Source: Eledone cirrhosa (taxonomy: Eukaryota). Taken from it: a stretch of DNA of 64,000 bases. Positions 14,290-28,048 of this stretch are shown in pieces. Each line of letters opens with the position of its first letter. Position 1 is the stretch's first letter. Location: contig OZ024741.1 of NCBI GenBank assembly GCA_964016885.1, positions 268,956,001-269,020,000 on the forward strand, written 5' to 3'. Below the pieces are notes generated by a model that did no database searches, was not told where the DNA came from, and saw only the letters and a program-made list of their open reading frames with translations. Both the position numbers and the translations under genes were made by a program.

Positions 14290-14912
14290 TGATGATAGTG
14301 ATGTTGATAGATTCTGCTATCTAGGTAATTTAATTAGCAGCTGAGTAGGGTGCTTGGAGTGCATAATAGCTAGAATAAGGATAATATAGAAGTTTAGAGA
14401 GCTGCTCCCACCGTTGATATCAAAAGGTTTCTCCCTATGTACAAAAGGACGGTTGTAATGATGCCTGAAGGTGAAGTTCAATGCTTCATGGCAGTAAAAC
14501 ATGGGCAGTGACTGCAGAGGACATGTGTAGGCTGGAGAGAAATTAAACAACTATGCTACATTGAATGTGCAATGTAAATGTGAGAGAAAAGCAGAGCTTG
14601 GATGAATTGCAGAAGGGACTGGATTTGAGAGGAATTGGACGTGGTGTGTAAGAGAGAAGACTGCATTGATACAGACATGTGATGCATATGGATGATGATG
14701 GCTGGGTGAAGAAGTGTCAGGAAATCTCAGTAGAAGAAAGCTGCAGCAGAGGTAGACCAAGGAAGACCGGGGAGGAGATGGTGAGAGCTGATCTCAAATC
14801 ACTGAGACTCACAGAGGAGATGATGTATGGAGAGATGCTGTGCTGAAAAGGACCTGTCCATCCCTTGTAATTGTGGAAAAATGGGCGTAAAACCGATGAG
14901 GATAATGATGAT
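14290..14912 (+). mobile_element. Decayed RTE LINE 3' fragment with (GAT)n tail
   Basis: Homologous to 13060-13480 and 17950-18470; ends aaatgggcgtaaaaccgatgaggataatgatg. Confidence 0.7.
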
Positions 14913-15510
14913 ATATGTACACACATGCTGCAATATTTTCAGAGATCCTCACAAAATTTTGGACAGAATACTTCACAAAAACAAAACTTTTGAGTCTGAT
15001 ATCTCGAGTGAAACAAAGAATTTTATATGAAAAGGGATGTAGAAAGAATTAAATGTTTTACTGGAGTGGGAGTGAGAGGGAGAAGAAAAAGACAGTTGAG
15101 GAGGAGGTAAAACAAATATCATTTCTAACCCTCTGCATGCTACATGCTTTTTCTCTCTCTCTTAAACTCACCCTTTCTCTCTATGTCTCCAACTATTTCT
15201 TCTTTCTTTTCACTTGGATGCAGACAAAATCACCTCACTCAGTTGACAATGCGTATGTCAATAAACATATATAGATTTCAATATAGATACTGGAAAAATA
15301 AAACTTTATACGCTGATGATCATCATTATCTTCACCGTTTAACAGCCATTTTTCCATGCTAGCATAAGTTAGAGGAGTTATTCTGTTGTGAGACAAGTCA
15401 GGTCAGTTGGCCGTATCTTGCTCTTACAGAACTGACTTGGGCTTGGTTTCTACAACTAAATGCCATTCCTAACACCAACCTCATTTACAATGTGTACTGG
15501 GTGATTTTTG

Positions 15511-15845
15511 TTGTGACACCTGCATGACCACTTTACAGTGTGGACAGGACACTTTTTGTCATGACACTTACATGACCACTTTACAGTGTGGACAAGGAAC
15601 GTTTTGTCATGACACCTACATGACCACTTTACAGTGTGGACAGGGCACTTTTTGTCATGACACTTGCATGACCACTTTACAGTGTGGACAAGGAACGTTT
15701 TGTCATGACACCTACATGACCACTTTACAGTGTGGACAGGACACTTTTTGTCATGACACTTACATGACCACTTTACAGTGTGGACAAGGAACTTTTTGTC
15801 ATGACACCTACATGACCACTTTACAGTGTGGACAGGGCACTTTTT
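15511..15845. repeat. 48-bp minisatellite (about 7 copies, alternating variants) inside an RTE-tailed SINE
   Basis: Unit GACACCTACATGACCACTTTACAGTGTGGACAGGGCACTTTTTGTCAT; degenerate units also at 17715-17830. Confidence 0.9.
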
Positions 15846-16164
15846 TTTCTGACAGGTACCCAATCACTTTTGAGTATAATATTACCTTATATTATATATA
15901 TGATGATAGCTGGGAAGCTACATGAGTGATTCAATGCCTTGAGGTTTTGTACTTAAAGAATTTATCAAGCTGCTGCACAACTGATAAATATCTAAATAAA
16001 GTTTTTTGCCCATGTATGCATGTGACTATATGTATATATGTGTGTGTGAGTATACAGGTATACACACACACACACATATATATACATACACACATTTATA
16101 TATGGGTGTGTGTATATATATATGTGTATGTATATATATTTATATATGGGTGCATATATATATA

Positions 16165-16360
16165 TTAACAAAGGAAGTGTGGTAAGGAACCAGGTGGACC
16201 ATAATGCACCAGAGTACTCAATACTTAGGGTAGTAGAGTGGGTAATAGGAAAATGTTCAAGACTACGACGGCAGAGCTCAAGCCGTTACGACGGCTATTT
16301 CCAGAAGTAGCCGTTGAAATGGCTTGAGCTCTGCCGTCGAGGTCTTGAACATTTTCCTAT
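16165..16360 (-). mobile_element. Short fold-back element family; other copies at 40746-40865, 50396-50597 and 63056-63195
   Basis: Hairpin 16245-16359 plus about 80-nt tail (aaggaagtgtggtaaggaaccaggtggaccataatgcaccagagtactc); copies abut TA runs. Confidence 0.75.
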
Positions 16361-16379
16361 ATATATATATATGCAAAAG

Positions 16380-16520
16380 GCAAACAGCTATAATAAAGCA
16401 AATGACACAGTACATTGAAGAAATATATTAGTTTTACACTTGATTTAGTAGGAAGAGAGTCTTAACGTTTTGGACGATAGTCCTTTATCAAAAAATAGAA
16501 TGAGAAATTGAAGAAGAAAT
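16380..16520 (-). mobile_element. Solo pLTR fragment of the 51-53 kb Penelope family, with decayed hammerhead
   Basis: Reverse complement TTGATAAAGGACTATCGTCCAAAACGTTAAGACTCTCTTCC matches 52816-52856. Confidence 0.65.
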
Positions 16521-17328
16521 AGAAAGATACAGGTGAGCGAGCAGTGGCAGAAATGGAAAAAAGATTTCTTTGAGAAAAAAACAGGTCTATTCAGGTCACC
16601 TTATCTTGTGAAACTTGAATCTAGCATTGGTATAAAAGAAATTCAGTTGGTCGTGTTTTAAAAGGCAGTGTAAAGTGGATGTGCAGGTGTGTAAGAGTGT
16701 GTGCATGTATGTGTGGTTTTGCTGTTTGTACAAAGCTATGAGGATATGTGTGTAGATATGAATTTAAAAGAAAGTGTGTACATATGAGTTTAAAAGAAAG
16801 TGTGTTTGTTGTTTGTACGAAGCAGTGAGGATATGTATGTACACATCAGTTTAAAAGAAAGTGTGTGTGTGTTGTTTGTATGAAGTGGTAAGGATATGTG
16901 TGTACACATCAGTTTAAAAGAAAGTGTATGTGTGTGTGAGTGTTTGTTGTTTGTACGAAGTGGTGAGGACGTGTGTGTATAAGTTTAAGAGTGTGTGTGT
17001 GTGTGTTTGTGTCAGTTGTTGGTCCGTACAGAGCTGCAAGTTTAAAAGTAGAGGTGTGTGTGTGTATTTGTTCTTGGTTTGTTCAAATCTGTAAGGCTGT
17101 GTGTTTGTGATAGGAACCTTGGGGGTGAAAGTGCACGCACATGTGTGTGTGTGACAGCGGACAAGGTAGGGGTGATAGAGGCTAGGGGTATAGAAGTAAG
17201 CCCGAAGGCATATGTGCAAGGGTAAATAGGGATTAAAGAAATTGAGGAGGGGGAGTTGAATCCATATATATGTATATGGTTGTGTGTATTTAGGTGTTTC
17301 TATATGTGTGTGTATGTTTATATATGTA

Positions 17329-17362
<34 letters not shown>

Positions 17363-17404
17363 TATGTGTGCATTTATGTATGCATTTATATATATATGAC
17401 TGTG

Positions 17405-17437
<33 letters not shown>

Positions 17438-17442
17438 ATATA

Positions 17443-17487
<45 letters not shown>

Positions 17488-17547
17488 ATATATATATGTG
17501 TATATATATGTGTATATATATGTATATATATATATGTATATGTATAT

Positions 17548-18560
17548 ATCATCAACATCATCATCATCACTGTTTTATGTCCGTTCTTCCATGCTAGCAT
17601 GGGTTAGACGGGTTGTCCTGTTGTGGGCAGTGTCTGGTCGGCTGACCATGCCTTGCTCATACAGGAACTGATTTGGCTTGATTTCTACAGCTGGATGCCC
17701 TTCCTAACACCAACCTCATTTACAGTGAGTGCTGGGTGCTTTTTTTCTGTGGCGCCTACACGACCACTTTACAGTGTGGGCTGGGTGCTTTTTGCTGTGG
17801 CACCTCCACGACCACTTTGCAGTGGGAGGGTGTGGGGGCATATTGTCTATATGCTTCAGCTTTGGCTTGTACCCGTGGGGGATCGGGTCTTCTGTATTAC
17901 TGCGTGATGCCAGAGGTCACGGTCGTGTGTCATCGCCTTTGAGAGGTGTAATTGGGTAAGGTCGACTTTTATCACCTCATCCCAGGTCTTCTTGGGTCTC
18001 CCCACTGTGGTTTCCATCGACTTCTACTGCTTTGCACCTTTTTATGCAGCTGTCATCCTTCATATGCATCACATGTCCATACCAACGCAACTGCCTCTCC
18101 TGCACACAGCATTTGATTCCTCTTATGCTCAGTCTCTCTCTCAATTCATTTATGCTTTGCCGTTCGCGTATATTATTATTACACATCCATCAGAGCATGC
18201 AGGTTTCGTTTCTTTCTAATCTATGCAAGTCTTCTACACACATCGCCCAGGTCTCACTACCATGTAACATTGCTGTTCGTATACACGCATCATACAGTCT
18301 GCTTTTCATTTTGAGGGAAACGCCTTTTGCAGCTAGCAGTGGTAGTAGTTCCCTGAACTTCTTCCATCCCGTTCTTACCCTAGTTATTGTACTTTCCGAA
18401 CACCCACCTCTGCTGCTAATTCGGTCACCTAGGTAGCAGAAGCTGTCTACTGTTTCTACAGAGCCCTCCCAGAGATTGGTGGTACTTGTTTCCTGTGGCT
18501 GTTTGCTGCTTGCTGTCCCAGCGCAGCTGCTACATGTGAAGCCTATATTCTTAGTTATAT
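17548..18560 (-). mobile_element. RTE LINE 3' fragment plus RTE-tailed SINE
   Basis: LRERLSIRGIKCCVQERQLRWYGHVMHM on the minus strand; (CAT)n tail at 17548-17570. Confidence 0.8.
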
Positions 18561-18589
18561 ATATGTATATATATATATGTATATATTCA

Positions 18590-18890
18590 TGTCAGGTCAC
18601 CAGTTGGTGCTACTGGTAACATGTATCCCAGTTCAACCTGTCTCATGGTCGGGTCATTGGCGACTAAACTGGCAACCCCACCAAGGTTTCTTGGTGAGGA
18701 GGGTGACTTTGGACGTCCTGCAGAACTAAAAACAAAACCTGTCAAAGGGCAAAGGAGCTCTTAAGAGTCAATGGCCATCCAAAATCACCGGGAGAGATGA
18801 CCCCTTAGCCTTTGTCAAGGCAGAATTCTAGAAGGAAAACTCTGATATAACACCTGCAACCCTGATGGTATCCAATGATGTTGACTTGTT
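18590..18890 (+). mobile_element. Probable RTE 5' UTR-type repeat with HDV-like ribozyme remnant; second copy at about 9300-9545 on the minus strand
   Basis: Two diverged copies share ctactggtaacat...cccagt...acc...ggt...tggYgactaaact.gcaaccccaccaag. Confidence 0.45.
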
Positions 18891-19242
18891 CTTCTTTTTG
18901 GTAAATATCATCTTAGTTAAGAGAGTGGGACTGGCTTTGTGCAGTGCCTTTGCTCACTATAAAAGCTTCACGGCACAGACATTGCTTTATATCTGGAGAT
19001 CTCTCTGCACTTGTCGTCACATGGTACCATGGGCCTGGCACTATGTGTCAATAATTGTCACAAGTGCAGTGTTTGTACCAGAGTTTTCAAGTTGCTGGCT
19101 GGACTAAAAAGTCACACTCATTCAGCGCATCAGTAGGGGTTCTCCTACATGGATATGAAGTAGTGGCCATACTCGAAAACGAGTTGGCAGCCACCATATG
19201 TATATATATATGTATATATATATATATGTATATATATATGTG

Positions 19243-19275
<33 letters not shown>

Positions 19276-19362
19276 GTATATATATATGTATATATATATG
19301 TATATATATATATGTATATATATATATGTATATATATATATGTATATATATATATGTATATA

Positions 19363-19411
<49 letters not shown>

Positions 19412-19472
19412 GTATATATATATATGTATATATATATGTATATATATATATGTATATATATATATGTATATA

Positions 19473-19535
<63 letters not shown>

Positions 19536-19566
19536 GTATATATATATATATATGTATATATATATG

Positions 19567-19599
<33 letters not shown>

Positions 19600-19636
19600 G
19601 TATAGATATATATATATATATATATATGTATAGATA

Positions 19637-19747
<111 letters not shown>

Positions 19748-19805
19748 ATATTTATTAAAATAACATTAAAGTTTAAGCAAAATGTATATATATATATGTA
19801 TATGT

Positions 19806-19867
<62 letters not shown>

Positions 19868-19869
<2 letters not shown>

Positions 19870-20540
19870 TAAAACATGTCTATAGAATCACAAGATAAAA
19901 TATATACTATTTCCTCTCCCAATTAGCATAATTAACTATATAAAAAATCGAATAGACCAGGCTATACGAATGAGGCTTCCATGAAGGAATCTCCGACAAA
20001 TAACCAACACTAGCGCTTCGCGTCGTCCGTAGTGGAATATTTATCGAATATTTCGACAGTGTAATGCCCTAGATACAGTCAACTAAGCAGAATTAGGTTT
20101 AAAATAAACTAGGAGAAAACAGAATACATTTAAATACCTCTACCATGGTTTTGTCCGTGTTTTGAGTTTTCCAATAATTATGTAATAATTATATAAACTC
20201 GAGCGCCGGATTCTTCAGGAAGCTCGCTCATATCTCGACATTAAATTTTCAAAAACGATCGCGCCAAGAATTCATTTCAAAATGGCTAAAAATCGTGACG
20301 TAGTCGCGGTCAAGTTGGAAGGGGTGTGGTAGTTGCTTACGACTGGTGGCACTTTTGCTAGAAAGCACAGCACAATACAGCCACATTTGTATCTCAACCT
20401 AGTGGGAGATTATTACAAATAAAAGTTTACATATATATATACATACACATACATATACGTGTTTTGCAACTGGTCACTTTGTGGCTCAATGAAAAATTAA
20501 TAAATTAAACAATCAGAGCTATATATCATAAAACATGTCT
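19868..20540 (-). mobile_element. Non-coding PLE-like unit between two long (TA)n tracts, with terminal direct repeat and hammerhead at 20137-20222
   Basis: TATATATCATAAAACATGTCTATA at both ends; minus strand CTTC-CTGAAGA-...CGGAC-AAAA-CCATGG-TA-GAGG. Confidence 0.62.
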
Positions 20541-20709
20541 ATATATATATATATATATGTGTGTGTGCATATATATATATGTATATGTATATATATGTAT
20601 ATGTATATATATATATGTATATAAATATATATGTATATATATATATGTATATATATGTATATAGGTATATGTATATATATATGTATATAGGTATATGTAT
20701 ATATATATG

Positions 20710-20740
<31 letters not shown>

Positions 20741-20749
20741 GTATATATA

Positions 20750-20790
<41 letters not shown>

Positions 20791-20805
20791 ATATGTATAT
20801 ATATG

Positions 20806-20850
<45 letters not shown>

Positions 20851-20939
20851 GTATATATATATGTATATATATATATGTATATATATATGTATATGTATAT
20901 GTATATATATATGTATATGTATATATATGTATATATATG

Positions 20940-20970
<31 letters not shown>

Positions 20971-21026
20971 GTATATATATATGTATATGTATATATATGT
21001 GTATATGTATATATATATATATGTAT

Positions 21027-21058
<32 letters not shown>

Positions 21059-21080
21059 GTATATATATGTGTATATGTAT

Positions 21081-21119
<39 letters not shown>

Positions 21120-21126
<7 letters not shown>

Positions 21127-21654
21127 ATACTTTGGGAGGGTCATGTTGCCAATAAGAAACACATGCACCAGTTGCTTTCACTTCAATTTATTATAATAAA
21201 TTTATAAATTTCTGGTTGGTTGGTTGGTTCCACAACCAGATAGTTGTTTATAAATTGTCAAAATTCTTTCGTCACACATTCTCTGACCTCTTCAGTGACT
21301 GGAGATTCTTTTCTTTGTTTTTGTGCCTTTCCTTTGTTCTGTCCTACGCCATTTTGTTTAACAAAATGGCGTAGGACAGAACAAAGGAGAGGCACAGAAA
21401 CAAAGAAAGGAATCCCCAGTCACTGAAGAGGTCACAGAATGTGTGACGAAAGAACTTTGACAATTTATAAACAACTATCTGGTTGTGGAACCAACCAACC
21501 AACCAGAAATTTATAAATTTATTATAATAAATTGAAGTGAAAGCAACTGGTGCATGTGTTTCTTATTGGCAACATGACCCTCCCAAAGTATAACAATATC
21601 GGTTTCAACACACGTTTTCAGATAAAGAATCTTGCTAAACAAATTCAGAAACGA
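21120..21654 (+). mobile_element. About 480-bp palindrome (1-nt loop) plus tail; PLE-like element in (TA)n
   Basis: Arms 21120-21358 and 21360-21598, tail 21599-21654; same family as 54600-55062. Confidence 0.85.
21419..21461 (+). ncRNA. Minimal type I hammerhead ribozyme motif
   Basis: GTCA-CTGAAGA-G-GTCACA gaatg TGTGAC-GAAA-GAAC-TT-TGAC; identical motif at 54806-54848. Confidence 0.72.
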
Positions 21655-21668
21655 AATATATATCTATC

Positions 21669-21737
<69 letters not shown>

Positions 21738-21764
21738 GTGTGTGTATATATATATATATACATA

Positions 21765-21811
<47 letters not shown>

Positions 21812-21887
21812 ATATATATGTATATGTATATATATATGTGAATATATATGTATATTTATATGTATATATATATGTATATATGTATAT

Positions 21888-21945
<58 letters not shown>

Positions 21946-22516
21946 GTATATGTATATATATATGTATATGTATATATATGTATATATATATATATATATA
22001 TATGTATATGTATATATATGTGTATATATATATGCATATGTACATGTATATATATATATATGTATATATATATGTATATATATATATGTATGTATGTATA
22101 TGTATATATATGTATATATATATATGTATATATATATGCATATGTATATATATGTATATGTATATATGTATATGTATGTATATGTATATATATGTATATA
22201 TATATATATGTATGTATATATGCATATGTATATATATGTATATGTATATATGTATATGTATATATATGTCTATATATATGTATGTATATGTATATATATA
22301 TATATGTATATGTATATATATATGTATAAGTATATATATATATATATGTATATATATATGTATAAGTATATATATGTGTATATATATGTATAAGTATATA
22401 TATATGTATATATATAAGTATATATATGTATATATATATGTATATATATATGTATAAGTATATATATATGTATATATATATGTATAGTATATATATATGT
22501 ATATATATATGTATAA

Positions 22517-22573
<57 letters not shown>

Positions 22574-22827
22574 CCCTTATTACTGTGTGTCGATTACATG
22601 ACGATATGTGTCATCATTGTTTGCATAGTTTTGAATCAACATATCGACCAACTTACATTAACAGTTCATCCTTGCTTCATACTAACCCAACATTTTCAAT
22701 AGTACAAATGAAGCAATAATATCATTCTGTAAATGCCTTTATCTAATACTAAGCAGCTGTAATGTATGTGTGTGATATGATATGATATATGTATATATAT
22801 ACATATATTAGTATACATGCTGAAATT

Positions 22828-23391
22828 AGACTGAACTAACCATTTTGATATCAAGTAGCACCAAATCGCCTTTGTTTCCATGAACCGAAATAACCCATTT
22901 TAAAGGGTTCCTACTTAAGTTATAACTTCCCAAGCTAATTTTTTATAAAACATGCCCAAAACTGCTTCTGTTCCTATGAAAGAAAAACCTAACATTTTAA
23001 AGTGTTCCTACTTAAAATAAAAGCTTTTATATTAGAACAGTTTATGTTACAAATACAATCTGAATGAAATTATCATTTTAATAAACCCTTCCCCAATTTC
23101 TTAATTAATTAATTAATTAATGGTTTTTTTTATTTAAGCTTAAGGTCAACTATTTTGGGGAATGGAAAAGTCAATAAAATCAATTCTCAGTGCATTACTG
23201 GTACTTTATTTTATCGACCCCATAAGGATGAAAAGCAAAGCTAACCTTGCAGGATTTGAACTCAGAAGGGACATAACTCTATGCCAGAAAGCATGTTGTC
23301 TGATGCTCTACCGATACTGCCAATCCACCATCCTTTTTAAATTATTAAAATACAAAGAATTTCATTAGAGTTATGATAACAAAAGGGTTAA
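22828..23391. mobile_element. piggyBac-like MITE with nested SINE; related copies at about 24108-24320 and 25331-25563
   Basis: Ends taaccattttgatatc ... ataacaaaagggttaa (TTAA-CCC type); internal sequence shared between copies. Confidence 0.5.
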
Positions 23392-23479
23392 AAAGAAAAT
23401 GTTACAATGTGCTGGTGAATGTGTTATGATGAAATAAGGTGTGTATTGTTGACATTGTGTGACCTTCTATTAATTACAG

Positions 23480-23599
23480 GTAGCAGCACGGGTAACACAA
23501 CCAGATTATGTCAGGTGTGTGATGACAATGCTTCAGGATTTCATTATGGTGTATGGTCTTGTGAAGGTTGTAAAGCTTTCTTTAAACGAAGTATTCAAG
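23480..23599 (+). CDS. ER: ER exon, zinc finger 1 ([41 protein letters not shown])
   Basis: Acceptor ttacag at 23479, donor GTAAGT at 23600, 120 bp, phase 1/1. Confidence 0.96.
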
Positions 23600-26500
23600 G
23601 TAAGTGGTTGTCTTTCTCACCTTTAACCTTTTTCATACCAAACTGCCTAAAACCACTCCTGGTTCCATGATACAAAATCCACATTTTAAAATGTTCATCC
23701 TTGTATCAAAACCTTCCATCTTACTTTACTTTTCATGCTACATCATATCTGATAGTTGACAAATTTGTGATGAACAGTTATGACGTAAGTGTATGTGTTT
23801 GTATGTACGTATGCATGTACTATCTATGTTAGTCATTATCATTCATCAACATATTTTTCAGTCACAGAGCCTCATTAGCAAAGCATTGTAATAAATGCTT
23901 TCCCAAGGACCATCGCATGGAGGTAAGGTTGGCTCGATCCCCAACCTTCCATCACAATTTTTGAAATTTTTGTTAAGTAATATCAGCCACCTAATGAAAA
24001 ACTTTGGTATTTCATTAAATTCCTCCAGTTTGGTTATCTTCAAAACTAATTGAAGCACATAGGCAGAGTATTTAATTAGATACAGCAATTAAAGGCATAA
24101 TTCTACTTTTAACCCATTTGATATACTCTTGGCCCTCTTCCCTAAGATTGCCTTGGATTCTATCATACAGAAATGTCCATTTGAATGTATTTGAATGGAA
24201 ACTTTTCATTGTAATTTTATTTAAGAACATTTTGTTATGTACCAAATAAGCTTTTTCAAAATTAATTTAACACACAAAGCTAGTGTATTTCATTAGAAAT
24301 ATGACCATAAAATGGTTTCATTGGAAAATTCACCTTTCTCACAAGGGATGTTAAACACTGGTTAAAATGACACTAATATCTAATTTTCTGTAGAATTATT
24401 TCACCTGCTGAATAAGTCACAAGTTATTCATAGTGAAAATATAACTAGAAATAATTTTTGTTTATTTCTTATTGATTATTTATATGGTGCCGATTTGGCA
24501 GAGTCGAGTAGAATGCTTTGTAGCATTCCTTCTGACTCACTGCTCTCTAAGTTCAAATCCCATCGAGTTCAACTTTGCCTTTCATCCATTTAAGGTTCAT
24601 AAAAAAGTACCTGTCTAGTACTGGGGTCAATTCTTCCTCTATATCTCTTTCTCACTTCTTTTCTCTCATTCTCTATCCTTCTCTGAGAGAAATCTGCTGT
24701 ATTCAAACCTGGAGAGGAGATGGGCTCTGCCAGGTTTAAAAAATACCCATGAAATGCCATATGTCAATACGGCACCCCTATGACTCCCTGAGGAGTTATT
24801 GGTACTTTACTTATCTCTTTCTATCTTATTGCTTGTTCAATACTGCTAATGTAATATTCTTGTATGGTTGGTGTTAGAAGCATTTGTGTTTGCAATTCTC
24901 TTTGATTTCATGTGATCCTGTAAACCTTTAGGTTTACAGGATCACATGATAGGATTACATGATGCTAACAGTAACTCTTTGTCATCATGGTTTACATTGT
25001 TTCGAATCAGCTTTTTGATCAACTTACATTCACAGTTCATCTCTGTTTCTTACTTGCTCAACTTAATAGTTCAAACAAAACAGCAATATCATTCTGTAAA
25101 TGTTGTCTTCATCTATTTATAAATATCTGTAATGTCACATATGTATGTGTATACACACTCACACATGCACACATATTTAGATTTATATAAAATTATATAT
25201 GTGTGTGTGCGCACACATACACACATACATAAAATTATATGTGTGTGTACCACACACATATATATAATTATATGTGTGTGGTATGAATTGATATATGGAT
25301 ATTAGTATACTTTCTGAAATTAGACAGTATTAACCATTTTGATATCATCTGGCCCTAAACTACCTCTGTTTCTATGAAACAAGACAACCCATTTTAAAGG
25401 GTTCCTACTTAAAATAGAATCTTCCAACTTACTTTTATATAAAAACATTTTGTTAAGTTACAAATGCCATCTCAATGAAATTAGCAAATCCTTCCTCAAT
25501 TCTTCATTAATTAATTAATCAAATACAGAGAGTTTCTTTAAAGATGTAGTAACAAAAAAGTTACATTCACAAATAATTAACCATATATGTCACACCTTTT
25601 TCCACGGGGATGGGAGAATCACATAAAAAAAAGCATCTACTGGATTTAGAAAACCTTATATGTGAGTTGTTGGGCCAAAAATGTATTTAAAATGGCAGTG
25701 CAACCTAGTGTACTGGACTTACAAAACCTTACTTGTATATTAGTCAACTGTTTGGTCAAAAATGTATTTTAAATGGCAATGCCACCTAGCTATGAATTCA
25801 ACTTTATATACAACTATATATGATAGATATAATTGCTCATGAAGCTGTACTGATGGGATGTAAATATCATAATGCATTTGCAGGTGATAAAATAATCCCT
25901 TTATAGACAGGGAGTATAGAATACTTGGTTTCAATGTTCATCCTATGTTTTATTTACTGCTTCTTTAATTTCTTCTTCTCCTTATGGAGCAGTGGGTGAC
26001 AAGCTCTTCATTCTGCATGGTTGCCTGCCCTCAAGCCAAGCCCATGTCTGCCAGGTTTTTCTCCACAGATCTTGACAGATCTGTGTTGCTTCCTACGTCT
26101 TTCTTCCTGAAGACATGAGGCTTAGTGAAGATGATGTTAGATTCAGAATTGTAAGGTCATGGGTTTGATTCCTGGACCAGGTGGTATGTTGTTGAGTAAA
26201 ATACTTAATTTCACATGTCAGGAGTTGCGACCGGCATATAGTAGCAGCAATGGAAAGACCAATGGAGAAATTATTTCCTACTAGCAGTGGTACCTGGCGT
26301 TGCACGGGATAAGGTATTTTGAACGTGGGCCGCCAACAGACCTAATCGTGGAAAAACTGCATGTGTGGACAATATGTAAAGAAAATAAATCGAATACTCT
26401 GATGGCTGGATAATCTTTAAGATTTTCCTCGATGAAGCAGGAAAAATGCCGGTTTTCACCTAATGTGGGCCCTAGGGGATCAACAAAATGAATTTTTTTT

Positions 26501-28002
26501 ATGTGCATAATATGCCTTGAAATTTCGGGAAAATCGGCTAGACGTAACGCCTCAAAAAGCCCCAAAAGGCTGAAAAAATGAAGTTTTTCACCTAAAGCGG
26601 GCCCTAGGCCATAAAAAAGTTGGATTTTCTTTGCTCATGGTATGAAGAAGAGACTGACTAATACATAGTTGCAATTTCAAGGAAATCAGTCTGATGTAAC
26701 GACTAAAAAAAACAGACAGACATCCTCAGTTTTATATATATAGATATCTGATCTGACGGTCAGCTCTACATCTTCCTTCTAGCTTCCATTCCATTGAACA
26801 TTAATTGTGGATTGGCAGTATCGGTAGAGGGTTGGATGCCATGCTTTCCAGCATAGTTACGTCCCTTTACGATCTGAGTTCAAATCCCGCTGAGGTTGAC
26901 TTTGCCTTTCATCCTTACGGGGTCGATAAAATAAAGTACCAGTAATGCACTGGGTAATTGCTGGCCTTGTGCCTAAAGTAGAAACAATTAATTTTATCTA
27001 CCCCTACCCAACCTCATGATGAGAAAAATATAAATGAACAAGGGAAACAACCCTGCTTCAGACAGAGAAAAGGAAGAGGCTAATGAAATAACAACATTAC
27101 AAATGAATTGTATTTTAGTTATTACAAAAAAAATGTTGACAACTATTAAACTTTACACCTCAATTGTTTATTTGTTGAACTTTGTTCTAGCATTTCTGAA
27201 GTTTTTTCTCTATATTTATTGTTGTTAGGTCCAGTTGACTATGTGTGTCCTGCCACTAACAGCTGTACAATTGATAAACATCGACGTAAGAGTTGCCAAG
27301 CTTGTCGCTTACGCAAATGTTATGAAGTGGGCATGAATAAAGGTAAGTTTGTTCTCCCTTAACTGTCTCATACTCTCTATTCTCATACCATCATAGTAAC
27401 TAAACTCTGTTGATGTAATTGAAGAGTTGTTGTATAGTCATGGCAAGCCAGAAGGCTCATTTGGTCAGTGTTTATCCTGGTTTCACGGCGTGAAGCGACT
27501 GAGAGTACAAGACCTGGACAGGACGCCAGTCCATCGCAGGGTTAAACCCCCAGCTATTGCTGGTACTTATTTTCAGCTGAGTATACTGGAGCAACATGTT
27601 TGCTCAAGAACACAACATGCAACCCAGGAATCGAACCCATGACGTTATAATTGTAAGTCCAACACCCTTACCACTAGGCCACATGCCTCCTCACACACGT
27701 ATATTAGTTAGGTGTGTAACTGCAGTTACAGGCGGCATGCCGTTCGAAGCACTCAATGCTGCTATGAGGTCCGTCTAGTGTTGGGTTGTATTCCAGAGTT
27801 AAAGCTGCTATAGTACACAGAATGTAAATATATTAAGTAAAATTGAAGTCACCTTTGCAGCGTAAGTACACACTTTATTGGCATATTACAATTGTTTCAG
27901 TATTGATGAAAATGACAGGCCCAACTCTTTTTTCGGCATCTTGTCAGATATGTGTGTTTATATGTGCAAAGACGCACACGCGCGCGCACACACACACACG
28001 TA

Positions 28003-28048
<46 letters not shown>

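Noticed and set aside
15456-15925. Cys/His-rich repeat protein or CRISPR-like array
   Set aside because: Head-to-tail 48-bp units without unique spacers, derived from a SINE segment, in a eukaryote with no cas genes.
21120-21598. Palindromes as sequencing fold-back artefacts or ordinary MITEs
   Set aside because: The arms carry substitutions, have spacers and one-sided tails, recur with the same outer ends at 54.6 kb, and contain hammerhead cores. Raw reads were not available to exclude artefact fully.
27625-27692. tRNA genes at A/B-box sites (also 5028 and 41540)
   Set aside because: No full cloverleaf; they continue into multi-copy SINE bodies.
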